Both the position numbers and the translations under genes were made by a program. Shown piece by piece: positions 9,665 through 19,283 of a stretch of DNA of 51,256 nt. Each line of letters opens with the position of its first letter. Within the stretch, counting starts at the first letter, position 1. The stretch spans positions 1-51,256 of the forward strand of contig JBQLZK010000056.1 in the NCBI GenBank assembly GCA_052168235.1. The letters run 5' to 3'. The notes below the pieces were generated by a model. The model was not told the DNA's origin. It saw only the letters and a list, made by a program, of their open reading frames with translations, and made no database searches. This DNA comes from Thainema sp. (lineage in GTDB: Bacteria; Cyanobacteriota; Cyanobacteriia; Phormidesmidales; Phormidesmidaceae).

Positions 9665-9900
9665 CACTACAAAACCGTTCAACCAAATGCTGCAGGTTGG
9701 TTATGGAGACCTAGGTGCTTAGTTTATATTTCAGTGTGCAGGACGGCGTTCTCCGGTACTTTACAGGAGCCAGAGCTTTGGTTCCTACACCAGAAGAAAC
9801 TGCCCAACAGACGCAAGCCCAAGCCCAGCAAGCTGAAGCTTGAGCAGTCCGTTTAGTGGAACAACAAGGAGAACTGGGTGTCAAACCAAATGACATCTAA
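9665..9900 (+). pseudogene. Decayed C-terminal fragment of a Uma2-family (DUF820) endonuclease gene
   Basis: Manual translation gives PNAAGWLW, then a frameshift, then LRYFTGARALVPTPEETAQQTQAQAQQAEA*AVRLVEQQGELGVKPNDI*, which resembles the Uma2 C-terminal coiled tail; in-frame stops at 9712 and 9841. Confidence 0.7.
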
Positions 9901-9965
9901 AGGTTCGCGAAGGTTGCAGCTAATGGTGTAGTTCTCCGAAATGCTGCGACTGTCCTTAGGCTCAG

Positions 9966-11555
9966 CTACAGCGGACGGTAGACTCTGTAGTTAATATTGG
10001 GAAAGATATTGTCGATGGCTTCCACTTTTTGTAGCCAGCCTGAGTCAATCTTGCCTGCCAGAATCTCATCGCGCAGCTTGTTAAACCGCATCAGGTGAGA
10101 GCGGGTGCGGCGCACCGCGTAGGGCACCATCGTGCCCGTTCGCATAATAAATGCCCAGTCCGAGGATTGCGCTAGCAGCAGTTCTCGTGCCGCTTGATTC
10201 AGCGCTCGCTTCTCTAGCTCATCGGCGGCTTCTCGTTCGGATAGTTCAATCATCCGCTCTGCCGCTTTGTGCAGGTGGGGATAAATCCAGGAATTGGTTT
10301 GGTTGAGCCAGTATTCATGAAAGCCTTTGTAGCCCCAGCTTGACTGTGACGGACGACAGACCTGCTGGGTGGGATGGTGCTGTAGGTACTCGGCCAGATG
10401 AGTCATGGTGTAGGTGCCTTGGTCGTACCACGACTTGCGGAACAGATAGTCAAGGAACCAGGGGCCTTCATACCACCAGTGGCCGAATAGTTCCGCGTCA
10501 TAGGGCGACACGATGATCGGGGGACGCTGCATCATGCTGTGCAGGTGTTCAACCTGACGCTCGCGGTTGAACATAAAGTTGCCCGCATGCTCTGCCGCTT
10601 TCTCCCGTGCCCAGTAGGGATCATAGAGATCCTTATCGGAGAGTCCCAAGCCTTTGCCCGTGATCTTGTGATACTTAATGCCCACATTTTTGCGCTGACC
10701 GTTGGGCATGACGTAGGGCTTGATGTATTCGTATTCGGCATCCCAGCCCAGATCGCGATAAAACTCACGATATTCTGCTGCGCCAGGATAGCCGACCTGG
10801 GACGACCAGACCTGCTGGGATGATTCATTGTCGCGACCAAAGGCTGCTACACCTGCTTCTGTGAAGATGGGGGCATAGCTACCGAAGCGGGGCCGCGGAC
10901 GGGCATAAAGTAAACCGTGTCCATCAGTGAGGAAGTAGCGCAGTCCAGCATCGGCGACCATGCGCTCTAGCCCTTCGTAGTAAGCACATTCAGGTAGCCA
11001 TATACCTTTAGGAGGCCGACCGAAGCTTTCTTCGTAATGTTCACAGGCCACCTGGAGCTGTGCCCAGACGGCTTGTGGATACATTTTCATCAGCGGCAGA
11101 TAGCCGTGGGTGGCACCGCAGGTAATAATTTCTAGGTTGCCGCTGTCGAGGAACTGTTTGAATCCTGCAACCAAGTTACCGTCGTAGCGCTCCCAAACTT
11201 CTCGTACCTGGCCAAATTCCTCGGCGTAGAATTCAGCCAGGTACTTCATGTGGCCGTGGTGCAGGTTGCGCTCAATTTCCATCTCGGTCAGTTCTTCGAG
11301 CTGAGCCAAGTGGACATCGTAGCGCTCTTGCAAGAGGGGATCTTGGAGCATCGACACCAGCGGCGGCGTCATGCTCATGGTCATCTTGAAGTTAACCCCG
11401 TCGCGCTTTAGCCCCTCAAACATGAGCAGCAGCGGCACGTAGGTTTCTGTAATTGCCTCGTAGAGCCACTCTTCTTCTAGGACATAGTCACTCTCTGGAT
11501 GACGCACAAAGGGCAGATGGGCGTGTAAAACCAGGGCTAGATATCCAATACTCAT
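9966..11555 (-). CDS. GH57 family 1,4-alpha-glucan branching enzyme (DUF1957 C-terminus)
   Basis: LHAHLP, WLPECAY nucleophile motif, YDAELFGHWW, QSSDWAF. Confidence 0.93.
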   Translation of the reverse strand: MSIGYLALVLHAHLPFVRHPESDYVLEEEWLYEAITETYVPLLLMFEGLKRDGVNFKMTMSMTPPLVSMLQDPLLQERYDVHLAQLEELTEMEIERNLHHGHMKYLAEFYAEEFGQVREVWERYDGNLVAGFKQFLDSGNLEIITCGATHGYLPLMKMYPQAVWAQLQVACEHYEESFGRPPKGIWLPECAYYEGLERMVADAGLRYFLTDGHGLLYARPRPRFGSYAPIFTEAGVAAFGRDNESSQQVWSSQVGYPGAAEYREFYRDLGWDAEYEYIKPYVMPNGQRKNVGIKYHKITGKGLGLSDKDLYDPYWAREKAAEHAGNFMFNRERQVEHLHSMMQRPPIIVSPYDAELFGHWWYEGPWFLDYLFRKSWYDQGTYTMTHLAEYLQHHPTQQVCRPSQSSWGYKGFHEYWLNQTNSWIYPHLHKAAERMIELSEREAADELEKRALNQAARELLLAQSSDWAFIMRTGTMVPYAVRRTRSHLMRFNKLRDEILAGKIDSGWLQKVEAIDNIFPNINYRVYRPL

Positions 11556-11670
11556 AGAAAAATCCTGGGCTAGACAATTACAGATACAGACGGGTCAAAC
11601 GATTTCGTCTGACCTTTGCCACAAATTGTAAAGCAAAAATAAAACAAATCCGATTCCATCTTGGGCGGTC

Positions 11671-11758
11671 AGTAGGATGGGTTAGTGGGTGAGGGAGTGA
11701 GAGGGTGGGAGAGTAAGAGGGTAAGGAGTTGGGGAGCAGGGGGACGAGGGAGCAGAAG
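11671..11758 (+). repeat. Purine/G-rich imperfect short tandem repeat
   Basis: Runs such as GGGTGAGG/GAGTGAGA/GGGTGGGA/GAGTAAGA with roughly 8-nt period. Confidence 0.65.
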
Positions 11759-11878
11759 AAACTTGTTTTTTATAGATTTGTAGATGCCATTGAGCAAAAT
11801 GGGCTTAATGAGTTGGGCGGTTAAGAACGATATTTTGATTTGAACAGTCTGCGGGTCAGTGCGTGAGTAATTGGTAGT

Positions 11879-11908
11879 AATTGGCAACTAATCAATTGGC
11901 AACTAATC
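11879..11908 (+). repeat. Direct repeat AATTGGCAACTAATC x2
   Basis: Exact tandem duplication just upstream of the ORF at 11912. Confidence 0.8.
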
Positions 11909-11911
11909 ATA

Positions 11912-12934
11912 GTGAGACATGGGTTGAATAATCGGTCACGGCAGTCACATCATCCAAATTGGCGATCGCACTTTTTCTCTCCACAAGATAGGCCATCTGA
12001 TCGATATCGCCACCAGTCTACAATTCGTCGCTGGTTGGGGCTGGTTGCGATCGCACTTTCAGTCCTGTTGCTGCTATTGTATGGAACTCATGACAAATGG
12101 ATTAAGGGACGGCTTCAAGCCGTTCAATCCTCTGAGCCAGCGGTGCTGCATGTGGTGGAGGCCAAGTCAGCCAATCGCGATCGCACGGATACGAAAACTA
12201 ACGACAGCATTGGCCTATCGTTTGAGCTACCAGCGGCAGAGAAACCCTATTTAGGAGCTTCTACACCGACCGTACAGACGGCTGATCCGATGCAGCAGGC
12301 GTATGATTACGCAGCCGATGCGGTGAGTCTCAACCGCTCGGCCCATGCGCTGAACGATTGGCAGCTGGTGGCAGAACGGTGGCAATCTGCGATCGCGCAA
12401 TTGCAAACCGTCGCGACGGCTGACCCGAACTACGACAAAGCTCAGGCTAAAGTCTCCGAATATCAAAGCAACTTGGCTTACGCTCAGCAGCGAGCCAGCC
12501 GATTTTCCGGTGATTACTTTCTTTATCCGGTGGAACTACCAGCGATTCAGCCTGCGGCCTCGGCAGCCCTAGCCTGCACACCCATAGGTGCTGTAAATGA
12601 AGCCCCCTTGAGCTTTACTCAACTTGGCTTTCGCGCGATGGATAGTGGTCGGCAACTGATTGGCTGCTTGACCAATCACACTGATCAACCTTTAACCCAT
12701 ATTGCATTGACCTATCAAGCCTCTTCGGATCGAGACCAGGCATTTTTGCAGGCGGGGTTTGATTATCTGCAAGTTGGCGTTCTGCAACCCGGTCAAACGG
12801 CTCCGTTTCAAAGCCAGTTTGCCCTACCCAGCCACGTCACCCAGCTTCACCTCAGCCGCGTCGCTTGGCGGCTAGCCAATCAGGGCAACGAGCCCATGCA
12901 TGAAGTTGCGATCGCAAAAGATCTGGCGCTTTAG
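11912..12934 (+). CDS. Hypothetical membrane-anchored protein (helical repeat region plus C-terminal Ig-like/FxLYD-like domain)
   Basis: TM segment near residue 45; WQLVAERWQSAIAQL..PNYDKAQAKVSEYQSNLAYA helical motif typical of cyanobacterial proteins; C-terminal G.LTN...LQPGQT.PF; start uncertain. Confidence 0.7.
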   Translation: MRHGLNNRSRQSHHPNWRSHFFSPQDRPSDRYRHQSTIRRWLGLVAIALSVLLLLLYGTHDKWIKGRLQAVQSSEPAVLHVVEAKSANRDRTDTKTNDSIGLSFELPAAEKPYLGASTPTVQTADPMQQAYDYAADAVSLNRSAHALNDWQLVAERWQSAIAQLQTVATADPNYDKAQAKVSEYQSNLAYAQQRASRFSGDYFLYPVELPAIQPAASAALACTPIGAVNEAPLSFTQLGFRAMDSGRQLIGCLTNHTDQPLTHIALTYQASSDRDQAFLQAGFDYLQVGVLQPGQTAPFQSQFALPSHVTQLHLSRVAWRLANQGNEPMHEVAIAKDLAL

Positions 12935-12967
12935 AGCGTGCGGAGGAATGAGTGCTGAGGACTGAGC

Positions 12968-14032
12968 CTAAACAGAAGCTGATGCCATCGGCTGCAAGAA
13001 CTTTCGGTCAAACGGATGGAGTACCTGATCGAACCAGTCGCGCTGAGCCTCGCTCAAGTAGTCAGATGCCATTAACTCGGTCATCTTTTCACGGAACTGG
13101 CGGTACTTGTCGGCGCAGTTATTGCTTTCGAGTGAAACAATTGAGCTGTCACCGTTCAAACTTTGGCGGAAATCTTCAAGCGTTGGCAAATTATAGTGAT
13201 CCTGATCGGCGGCATCAAATGCATCGACGAGCAAGCGAATCAGCAGCAGGCGAAAATGCTCATCGATAAACGTTTGGCCTTGCTGCTGTGCCTGGATGAA
13301 CAGCCGATAGGTGCGAATCACGTGATTGAAATGAACGAAGCCTGCTCGACCTTCAAATAAACCAATCTCGTCGGACTGAGAAAGACACTGGGTATAGCAG
13401 GTAATATCGAAGCTGTGGTCACCAGGCGGCAGCGTTGCCACTTGGCCGCGATGCATAAACGGTGCAAACCGACGCATCCAGGTTTGACTGCACATCATTT
13501 CCCAGGTGGCGACGAGATGATCGTAGTTGTGTTGACGATACCACTCATCCCAAACTGGATTGACGCCAATGACCGACAGATCGCGGCTGGTACACTGCTG
13601 ATAATGGCGATCGAAAAAGTCATCAGAGGTAGCAAAGGCATCGGCGTCGTGGATTAAGAAGTGGGTACTTTTAGCCTGTGCCGCCCCATTAATCATTTGC
13701 AGGAACAGCTCTTTGCGATCGCCAATCCGACGAAAGAACTGATCTTTTTTACTCATTTCCACCAGCCGGATCTGCTTCTGCATGGTGGGATTGAGGGAGG
13801 CTACCACCTGCTGATAGATGTTGCGAAAGGCAGCGGTTGGCGCATCGGGAATCACCAGAATTTCGCGACGATGCTCGGCCTGCTGGCGCTTAACAGTTTG
13901 GATGCCGAGCTTGAAGAAGACGGGTAAATCACTGGGGACAGGTAGTAGAACGCTGTAACCGGGCTGCCATGCGGATGAACCCGACCAATGAGCAAAGCCC
14001 CATTCCCAAATTTTGTCCTTGATGTTACCCAT
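12968..14032 (-). CDS. Hypothetical protein, divergent GT-A fold glycosyltransferase-like
   Basis: YSVLLP, EILVIPD, NGAAQAKSTHFLIHDAD (DxD); ATG at 14032 has a GGAG RBS. Confidence 0.7.
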   Translation of the reverse strand: MGNIKDKIWEWGFAHWSGSSAWQPGYSVLLPVPSDLPVFFKLGIQTVKRQQAEHRREILVIPDAPTAAFRNIYQQVVASLNPTMQKQIRLVEMSKKDQFFRRIGDRKELFLQMINGAAQAKSTHFLIHDADAFATSDDFFDRHYQQCTSRDLSVIGVNPVWDEWYRQHNYDHLVATWEMMCSQTWMRRFAPFMHRGQVATLPPGDHSFDITCYTQCLSQSDEIGLFEGRAGFVHFNHVIRTYRLFIQAQQQGQTFIDEHFRLLLIRLLVDAFDAADQDHYNLPTLEDFRQSLNGDSSIVSLESNNCADKYRQFREKMTELMASDYLSEAQRDWFDQVLHPFDRKFLQPMASASV

Positions 14033-14087
14033 CCCACTCCTCTGTTGTAATTTCAAGATTTTCCTGAAGATTTCAGTGTTTTGCTAC

Positions 14088-14181
14088 GTAGGGTGGGCAT
14101 CGCCCACCGATCCGGATTGGGACATTCAATCGTCCTTGCAATCCTTTAAAGTTGGGTTTCGCGCTTCCCTACCCAACCGAC
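14088..14181. repeat. Pair of REP-like palindromes (GTAGGGTGGGCATCGCCCACC; GTTGGGT...ACCCAAC)
   Basis: GTAG head followed by a GC-rich palindrome; intergenic. Confidence 0.6.
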
Positions 14182-14506
14182 ACAACTACGATTTTGTATC
14201 GTTCAACAGTAAAAATACGGTGAGCCACACTTCAGTGTATGGCAACGTTCTGAGAAGCATAGCGGTGGCACGTTTGATCTTTATCGCTTCTTCAAACCGC
14301 CATTTCTCGATTAAAGTTTCTAAACTCACATCTTGAACAAAACAAAGATTATTTTGCCGCCGCATCGCGGCGGCAAAATAATCTTTGTTTTGTTCAAGAT
14401 GTGAGTCAAGCAATGCTGTACTTTGATGCCTATAGATCGATGTCGGTTTGATCGATTTGGGTTGCGATCGCGGCATTATAACTCAAGCAACCAGAAGTGA
14501 TTCCCC

Positions 14507-14944
14507 ATGCTAAAATCTTTACTCGCATCTCTCACCCTGACAACGGCTATCGTCACCGGATTGGCGCTGTCCACTGAAGCTCCCTCGGCCCTAGCCGGAA
14601 CCTGCGCCTCAAACTGCGGCAGCAACGCCATTCAGTTCACGCCGGGACAACGCATTCGCGTCCAGGTGCAGAATCGCACTAATGTGCGGCTGCGAGTTGA
14701 GCAAGTTGTGCCAACGGAACCCATTTCCCTCGTGCCCGGACAGGAAGTGGAATTAAACTTTTGGGAAGGGACTCTTTCTAACGTGTCGCTCCTGTTTTGG
14801 GGGGAAGAGGGAGAACTGCCGTTACGAGCTATTACCTCTAGACCAAATGCAGAAACCCTGCGGGTTGAGCTGATTGGCGGATCACAGCCACCAGGAGATC
14901 GCTCGGTTTATGTCCTAAATGACGGGCGCGTACTGGTTGAGTAA
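14507..14944 (+). CDS. Hypothetical exported protein
   Basis: Signal peptide ending ALA, then GTCASNC and a beta-rich domain. Confidence 0.8.
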   Translation: MLKSLLASLTLTTAIVTGLALSTEAPSALAGTCASNCGSNAIQFTPGQRIRVQVQNRTNVRLRVEQVVPTEPISLVPGQEVELNFWEGTLSNVSLLFWGEEGELPLRAITSRPNAETLRVELIGGSQPPGDRSVYVLNDGRVLVE

Positions 14945-14979
14945 AAACATCCCAAAGTCTGTCAACTTTGTTTTAATGG

Positions 14980-15030
14980 GTTTTGGTGGTTGATGTGCCG
15001 CGCGGAGCGCGGCACATCAACCACCAAAAC
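14980..15030. repeat. Perfect 24-bp hairpin with GGA triloop
   Basis: GTTTTGGTGGTTGATGTGCCGCGC-GGA-GCGCGGCACATCAACCACCAAAAC between convergent genes. Confidence 0.92.
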
Positions 15031-15877
15031 TTAATTTACAAGTATTCAGTAGCTCGTAGCCAAAATAACTGAGTAGCTCTTCATGTTGACCGAGTACTTG
15101 GTTAATTTCTGCAATTTGGGACTCTGACAGGTTTTGGATTTTGAGCGCATTCAGATTTTGCAGATGAGTAACGGGGCGTCCTGTCACGTTATGGGATGAT
15201 ACCTTGGCATCTGGCTGAAGGCTTTCTAGCTCTGGCAAAAAGGCAACAATTTTCTGGGTGACAAACTCAGGCTGATCCATAATTTCTTCATACGTAAAAA
15301 GCAGGGTATGCTCCAAGGTCTGTAGGTTACGGCGTTGGGCATTTGCAACATGCACCCAAAATTTAGCCGCCTGACTGGCCGTTGCAGGTGGGGCTTCACT
15401 GGACTGAGGTCCAAACTGACCAAACGGCCATTTTCGCCGTAGCAGTCCTTCTACCAGTGCATAGGGATTACGGATGGTGATCAAAAAGTAGCTGGGCTGA
15501 AACGTTTGCTCAAGCTGGACTGCACGAATGATATTGGGCGGAGACTTTTCAAACCGAATTCGCCTAGATGGCCACCAGTAGGAATAGAAGATTGCTTTGA
15601 GTTTTTGCCAATTAGGTGTGTAATCAGGATTCCAACGTTGATCGACCAGCAGTAAAGGTTGGGCTGCTGGTAGAAACTGACCTTCTCCTTTGTTCGGGAA
15701 GACAGTGACGTGAGACGAGGTGGCCATTAGTTGTCCAATCACGGTTGAACCCGACAGTGGTGGAGACAGTAGGAAGAGATGAATGGCATCTCTGCGCAAC
15801 TGATTTCCAAGCGAAAAGGCACGGTACTGCAGTGGTTTCGGCAGTTTGCGCGCCACTTTTGTCCATAGGTTCAACAT
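15017..15877 (-). CDS. Sulfotransferase family protein
   Basis: SPPLSGST (PSB-like), EKSPPN, IRNPYA, YEE motifs. Confidence 0.8.
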   Translation of the reverse strand: MLNLWTKVARKLPKPLQYRAFSLGNQLRRDAIHLFLLSPPLSGSTVIGQLMATSSHVTVFPNKGEGQFLPAAQPLLLVDQRWNPDYTPNWQKLKAIFYSYWWPSRRIRFEKSPPNIIRAVQLEQTFQPSYFLITIRNPYALVEGLLRRKWPFGQFGPQSSEAPPATASQAAKFWVHVANAQRRNLQTLEHTLLFTYEEIMDQPEFVTQKIVAFLPELESLQPDAKVSSHNVTGRPVTHLQNLNALKIQNLSESQIAEINQVLGQHEELLSYFGYELLNTCKLSFGG

Positions 15878-15903
15878 AGATGCAGAGTGAATCAGAATGG
15901 TGG

Positions 15904-18339
15904 TTAGCTAGAAAAACTGCTCAACACACCATAAATACCCCAAATTGCCATTGGCCGTAGGTAGTGGCAAGCACGAAACGTACCGTTAGCCGTAATTGCC
16001 TCCGGCGTGCGGAACTGCAGGCCATTATCATAGATTTGATGCACAACCGCTTCAGTCAACTGCATAGCTTCCTCGGTCATACCCATCTGTACCAAGAAGG
16101 CCGCGAGGCCAAAGTTAATTCCTGTCCATACTTCCAGCGGGTGGGTGTCGTTAGGATTTTGCGGTGAACCATCGGGCATTAAGCCATTGGCAGCGCCAAG
16201 TTTACCGTCATGGAAGTTCAAAAAGCACGATTGATAAACCGTTTGCAGCGCCGAACGAGCAGACTCCTCGGCAACGACATCCGGTAGACCCAGCAGCCGC
16301 GCATAGAACTGCCCACAGAGCTGATCGGCCATCACCACGTCCGAACCACTGCCTGTATCCAGCCGATAATACTGCCCATTCCACAGGCTGTCGTGATAGC
16401 GCGATCGCGATTGAGCGAGCCAGTCCTGATAGGTGGCAACCGAGGTTTCGATCGGTTCACTGAGCAGCGCATTTTTATCAATCATGCTCAGCGGATGAGT
16501 CGCAGGATAGCTGAGCAGTTGCTGGCCAAGTGCGATCGCAGCTTCGAGGGCAGCAATCCACAGGCCGCCACAGTAGGCGCTGATGCCCTTGAGCTTCCAG
16601 TCATCAAAGGTTTGATCCGGTGCCCCAGCGTTTTCGGGAATGCCGTCATTGTCTAGATCAAACGTCTTCAAATAGCCTAGTGCTGCCGTCACCGCAGGCC
16701 AGCAGTCCCAAATAAATTCCCAATCTTCTTTGCCTGTCAGCACAAAATCGCGATAGACCTGCAAAACAAAATCGCTGCCAAGGTCTTTCCACTGATTGCA
16801 GTCCTGATAGGCGGTGTAGTTGGTCAACTCCCAAGGATGTTCGTTGGGTGCGCCTAAATCGTGGGGCGTGGCGTTTCGCACTTTGCGCAGCGCTAGGGGA
16901 CTCTCTTCGCCAATCGTGTAGTAGTAGCCAATTACTCGTTCGCGGTTGTCGGCAGCGGGGATGGCGCGGGCAAAGGCTTTCAGCACCGCCTTATCCAGTT
17001 CCGGCCACAGCATCAGCAGCGCAAAGGAGCCGTAGAGCCGCACGTCTAGGCTCTCGTACCACTGATAATCAAAGCATTCCAGCACCGCAAACTGACCCAG
17101 CGGATCGCGGTCATCCCCAGCGCTCCAGAGGGTGCCACCGCTAGCGAGGTCATACAGCTCATTGAACAGCGCCATCTTGAACCAGTCGGGCAGGTCTTGC
17201 TCCAGCACCGACTGCTGCCAGTCGATCACAGATTGCTGCCACTCGGCATGGTGCTTCAATCCCTGGCTAGCAATCGTCCAGGCAATCCGACCGCTCCAGC
17301 CGAAAAAGTCCGTATAGCGACGGTAAGATTGAATGCCCGCTGCAAACTCCGTCACCGGAAAATCCCAGGTCAGAATGAACGGAATCTGGCAGGTTTCGCC
17401 CGGTTGCAGCGTGAAGCGAAGTGCGATCGCACCTCCCACCTGTTCATCCATCCGCGCCGGGGTCTGGTCGTGAACGTCTGGCAGTGTGCCGTCTTGGGCA
17501 AAGCTGCTCCACAGGTCAGAGCCATCGCCCGCCGGATTCCAGCGGGTATGATAGGTCGTCTTCACACCCAGCATCTTGGGAACTGCGATCGCCCACTGCC
17601 CATCGCCCTCAATCGGCTGATCGAGGCGATTCATCCGATCCATCAGCAGCCCCAGCCCGCTTTTGCTCTGAATCCACTGGGTAAAGTTGCCCGTGCTGTC
17701 TCCGATGCGCGGCACGTAGTCATAAACGGGGCTGCCATCATCGCGCAGCGTCACGTCCGGTGACTTATTGGTATTGGTAAACCAGCCCGTGATGTTCTGC
17801 CAGCTCAGCATAATACTGAGCGTCAGCGGCTTATCTCCTGGATTGTGCGCCGTCCATTCAAACACGGCAGCGGGATAGCTGGCTTCCACATAGTTCTGTG
17901 GCCAGATGGGGGAAAACTGCTCACAGGTGAGCTGCGATCGCAAAACGTTTTCGTAGACAAACCAACTGCGCGGATAGAGCGCGTGATAGCGGCCCGTCTG
18001 CGATGCTTGTGTCGAAGCCGGATACCACTGCCATGCACCTAACGTTTCCTCTGGTGCTTCCGTACAGAGTGCGTAGGCCTGACTTGCTTCTCCCTCAACC
18101 TGCTCAAATACGCTGAACTGGCAGCCCGGAATCGACTGAAACACGTGCTCTCCGCCATCCACGTGCCACAGATTGAAATCGCCCCGTGGTGAACGGCCAA
18201 CACAACCTGCACCAAAGCCGCCCAATGGCATACCATGCCACGGCCCATCGTCTAAATTACTGGCATATCGAACGGTATAAGGCTTTTCCCACCCCAAACC
18301 TAACGGGCGGCTCCACGCGCAGGAGGGAATCGTAGACAT
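15904..18339 (-). CDS. GH116 family beta-glucosidase/glucosylceramidase-like hydrolase
   Basis: GMPLGGFGAG, LECFDY.WYESLDV, PHDLG, PDQTFDDW, FRTPEA, YLRPMAIW. Confidence 0.92.
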   Translation of the reverse strand: MSTIPSCAWSRPLGLGWEKPYTVRYASNLDDGPWHGMPLGGFGAGCVGRSPRGDFNLWHVDGGEHVFQSIPGCQFSVFEQVEGEASQAYALCTEAPEETLGAWQWYPASTQASQTGRYHALYPRSWFVYENVLRSQLTCEQFSPIWPQNYVEASYPAAVFEWTAHNPGDKPLTLSIMLSWQNITGWFTNTNKSPDVTLRDDGSPVYDYVPRIGDSTGNFTQWIQSKSGLGLLMDRMNRLDQPIEGDGQWAIAVPKMLGVKTTYHTRWNPAGDGSDLWSSFAQDGTLPDVHDQTPARMDEQVGGAIALRFTLQPGETCQIPFILTWDFPVTEFAAGIQSYRRYTDFFGWSGRIAWTIASQGLKHHAEWQQSVIDWQQSVLEQDLPDWFKMALFNELYDLASGGTLWSAGDDRDPLGQFAVLECFDYQWYESLDVRLYGSFALLMLWPELDKAVLKAFARAIPAADNRERVIGYYYTIGEESPLALRKVRNATPHDLGAPNEHPWELTNYTAYQDCNQWKDLGSDFVLQVYRDFVLTGKEDWEFIWDCWPAVTAALGYLKTFDLDNDGIPENAGAPDQTFDDWKLKGISAYCGGLWIAALEAAIALGQQLLSYPATHPLSMIDKNALLSEPIETSVATYQDWLAQSRSRYHDSLWNGQYYRLDTGSGSDVVMADQLCGQFYARLLGLPDVVAEESARSALQTVYQSCFLNFHDGKLGAANGLMPDGSPQNPNDTHPLEVWTGINFGLAAFLVQMGMTEEAMQLTEAVVHQIYDNGLQFRTPEAITANGTFRACHYLRPMAIWGIYGVLSSFSS

Positions 18340-18544
18340 ACGCTCTCGGCACCTTCAAACATCTCACTCAAACGATTGTAGGGGGTTATGAGTCGGAATA
18401 TTTAACTGATAAGCGGGGCGTATCGGTACTACCCCTTGGCAAAAATCATTCCGTTATACCGTGCAATCAGGAGAAGGCTGTTATAGTTATGCTCGTAATT
18501 GTCTAGATCCGTTTTGCGATCGCATTCGTTACGACTTTGTTGCT

Positions 18545-18847
18545 ATGCAGTTGTCCCCTCAAGAAAAAGACAAACTCCTGATTTTCACAGCGGCGTTGGT
18601 GGCAGAGCGCCGTAAAGAGCGAGGCTTGAAGTTAAACCATCCCGAAGCAGTTGCCTATATTTCTGCCGCGATTTTAGAAGGGGCGCGCGATGGGCGTTCG
18701 GTGGCAGAACTAATGACCTACGGGACAACCTTACTTAGCCAGGATGACGTAATGGACGGGGTCGCGGCCATGATCGATGAAGTGCAGGTCGAAGCCACAT
18801 TTCCCGACGGCACGAAACTCGTCACCGTGCATCACCCCATTCGCTAA
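18545..18847 (+). CDS. ureA: Urease subunit gamma
   Basis: [37 protein letters not shown]; start placed at ATG 18545 (100 aa). Confidence 0.97.
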   Translation: MQLSPQEKDKLLIFTAALVAERRKERGLKLNHPEAVAYISAAILEGARDGRSVAELMTYGTTLLSQDDVMDGVAAMIDEVQVEATFPDGTKLVTVHHPIR

Positions 18848-18874
18848 ACGTAATCTAATCCAGTCAAACGTTTG

Positions 18875-18941
18875 GTAGGGGCGGGTTTAGCCAACCAATC
18901 GTAACGTTGACCTCAAACTGGTCAACAAAACCCGTCCTGAC
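18875..18941. repeat. GTAG-type REP-like element between ureA and ureB
   Basis: GTAGGGGCGGGTTT...AAACCCGTCCTGAC imperfect inverted ends; related copy at 45602. Confidence 0.65.
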
Positions 18942-18962
18942 AGCAGGACATAATACAGGAGC

Positions 18963-19280
18963 ATGTCAATGATTCCCGGAGAACTGTTGCCCGCTGAGGG
19001 TGAGATTGAACTCAACGCCGATCGCGAAACCGTGACGATGACGGTAGCCAACACAGGCGATCGCCCGATTCAGGTCGGTTCTCACTTTCACTTTTTTGAA
19101 ACGAATGAAGCCCTCCAGTTTGACCGCGATCGCACTCGCGGTATGCGTCTCGATATCCCAGCCGGAACAGCCGTCCGGTTTGAGCCAGGCGATGAAAAAG
19201 AAGTCACGCTGGTACCCTTCGTCGGTAGCCGTCAGGTGTATGGCTTTAATGCCCTCATCAACGGTGCTCTTGATTCATAA
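18963..19280 (+). CDS. ureB: Urease subunit beta
   Basis: [37 protein letters not shown]. Confidence 0.97.
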   Translation: MSMIPGELLPAEGEIELNADRETVTMTVANTGDRPIQVGSHFHFFETNEALQFDRDRTRGMRLDIPAGTAVRFEPGDEKEVTLVPFVGSRQVYGFNALINGALDS

Positions 19281-19283
19281 CCT

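Noticed and set aside
14186..14476. 96-aa minus-strand ORF
   Set aside because: No recognisable features; occupies a promoter and repeat region; cannot be supported
18420..18433. Possible NtcA box upstream of ureA
   Set aside because: Spacing is GTA-N7-TAC, not N8
18461..18544. N-terminal extension of UreA in the ORF track
   Set aside because: Canonical UreA starts at ATG 18545; the extension has no recognisable similarity
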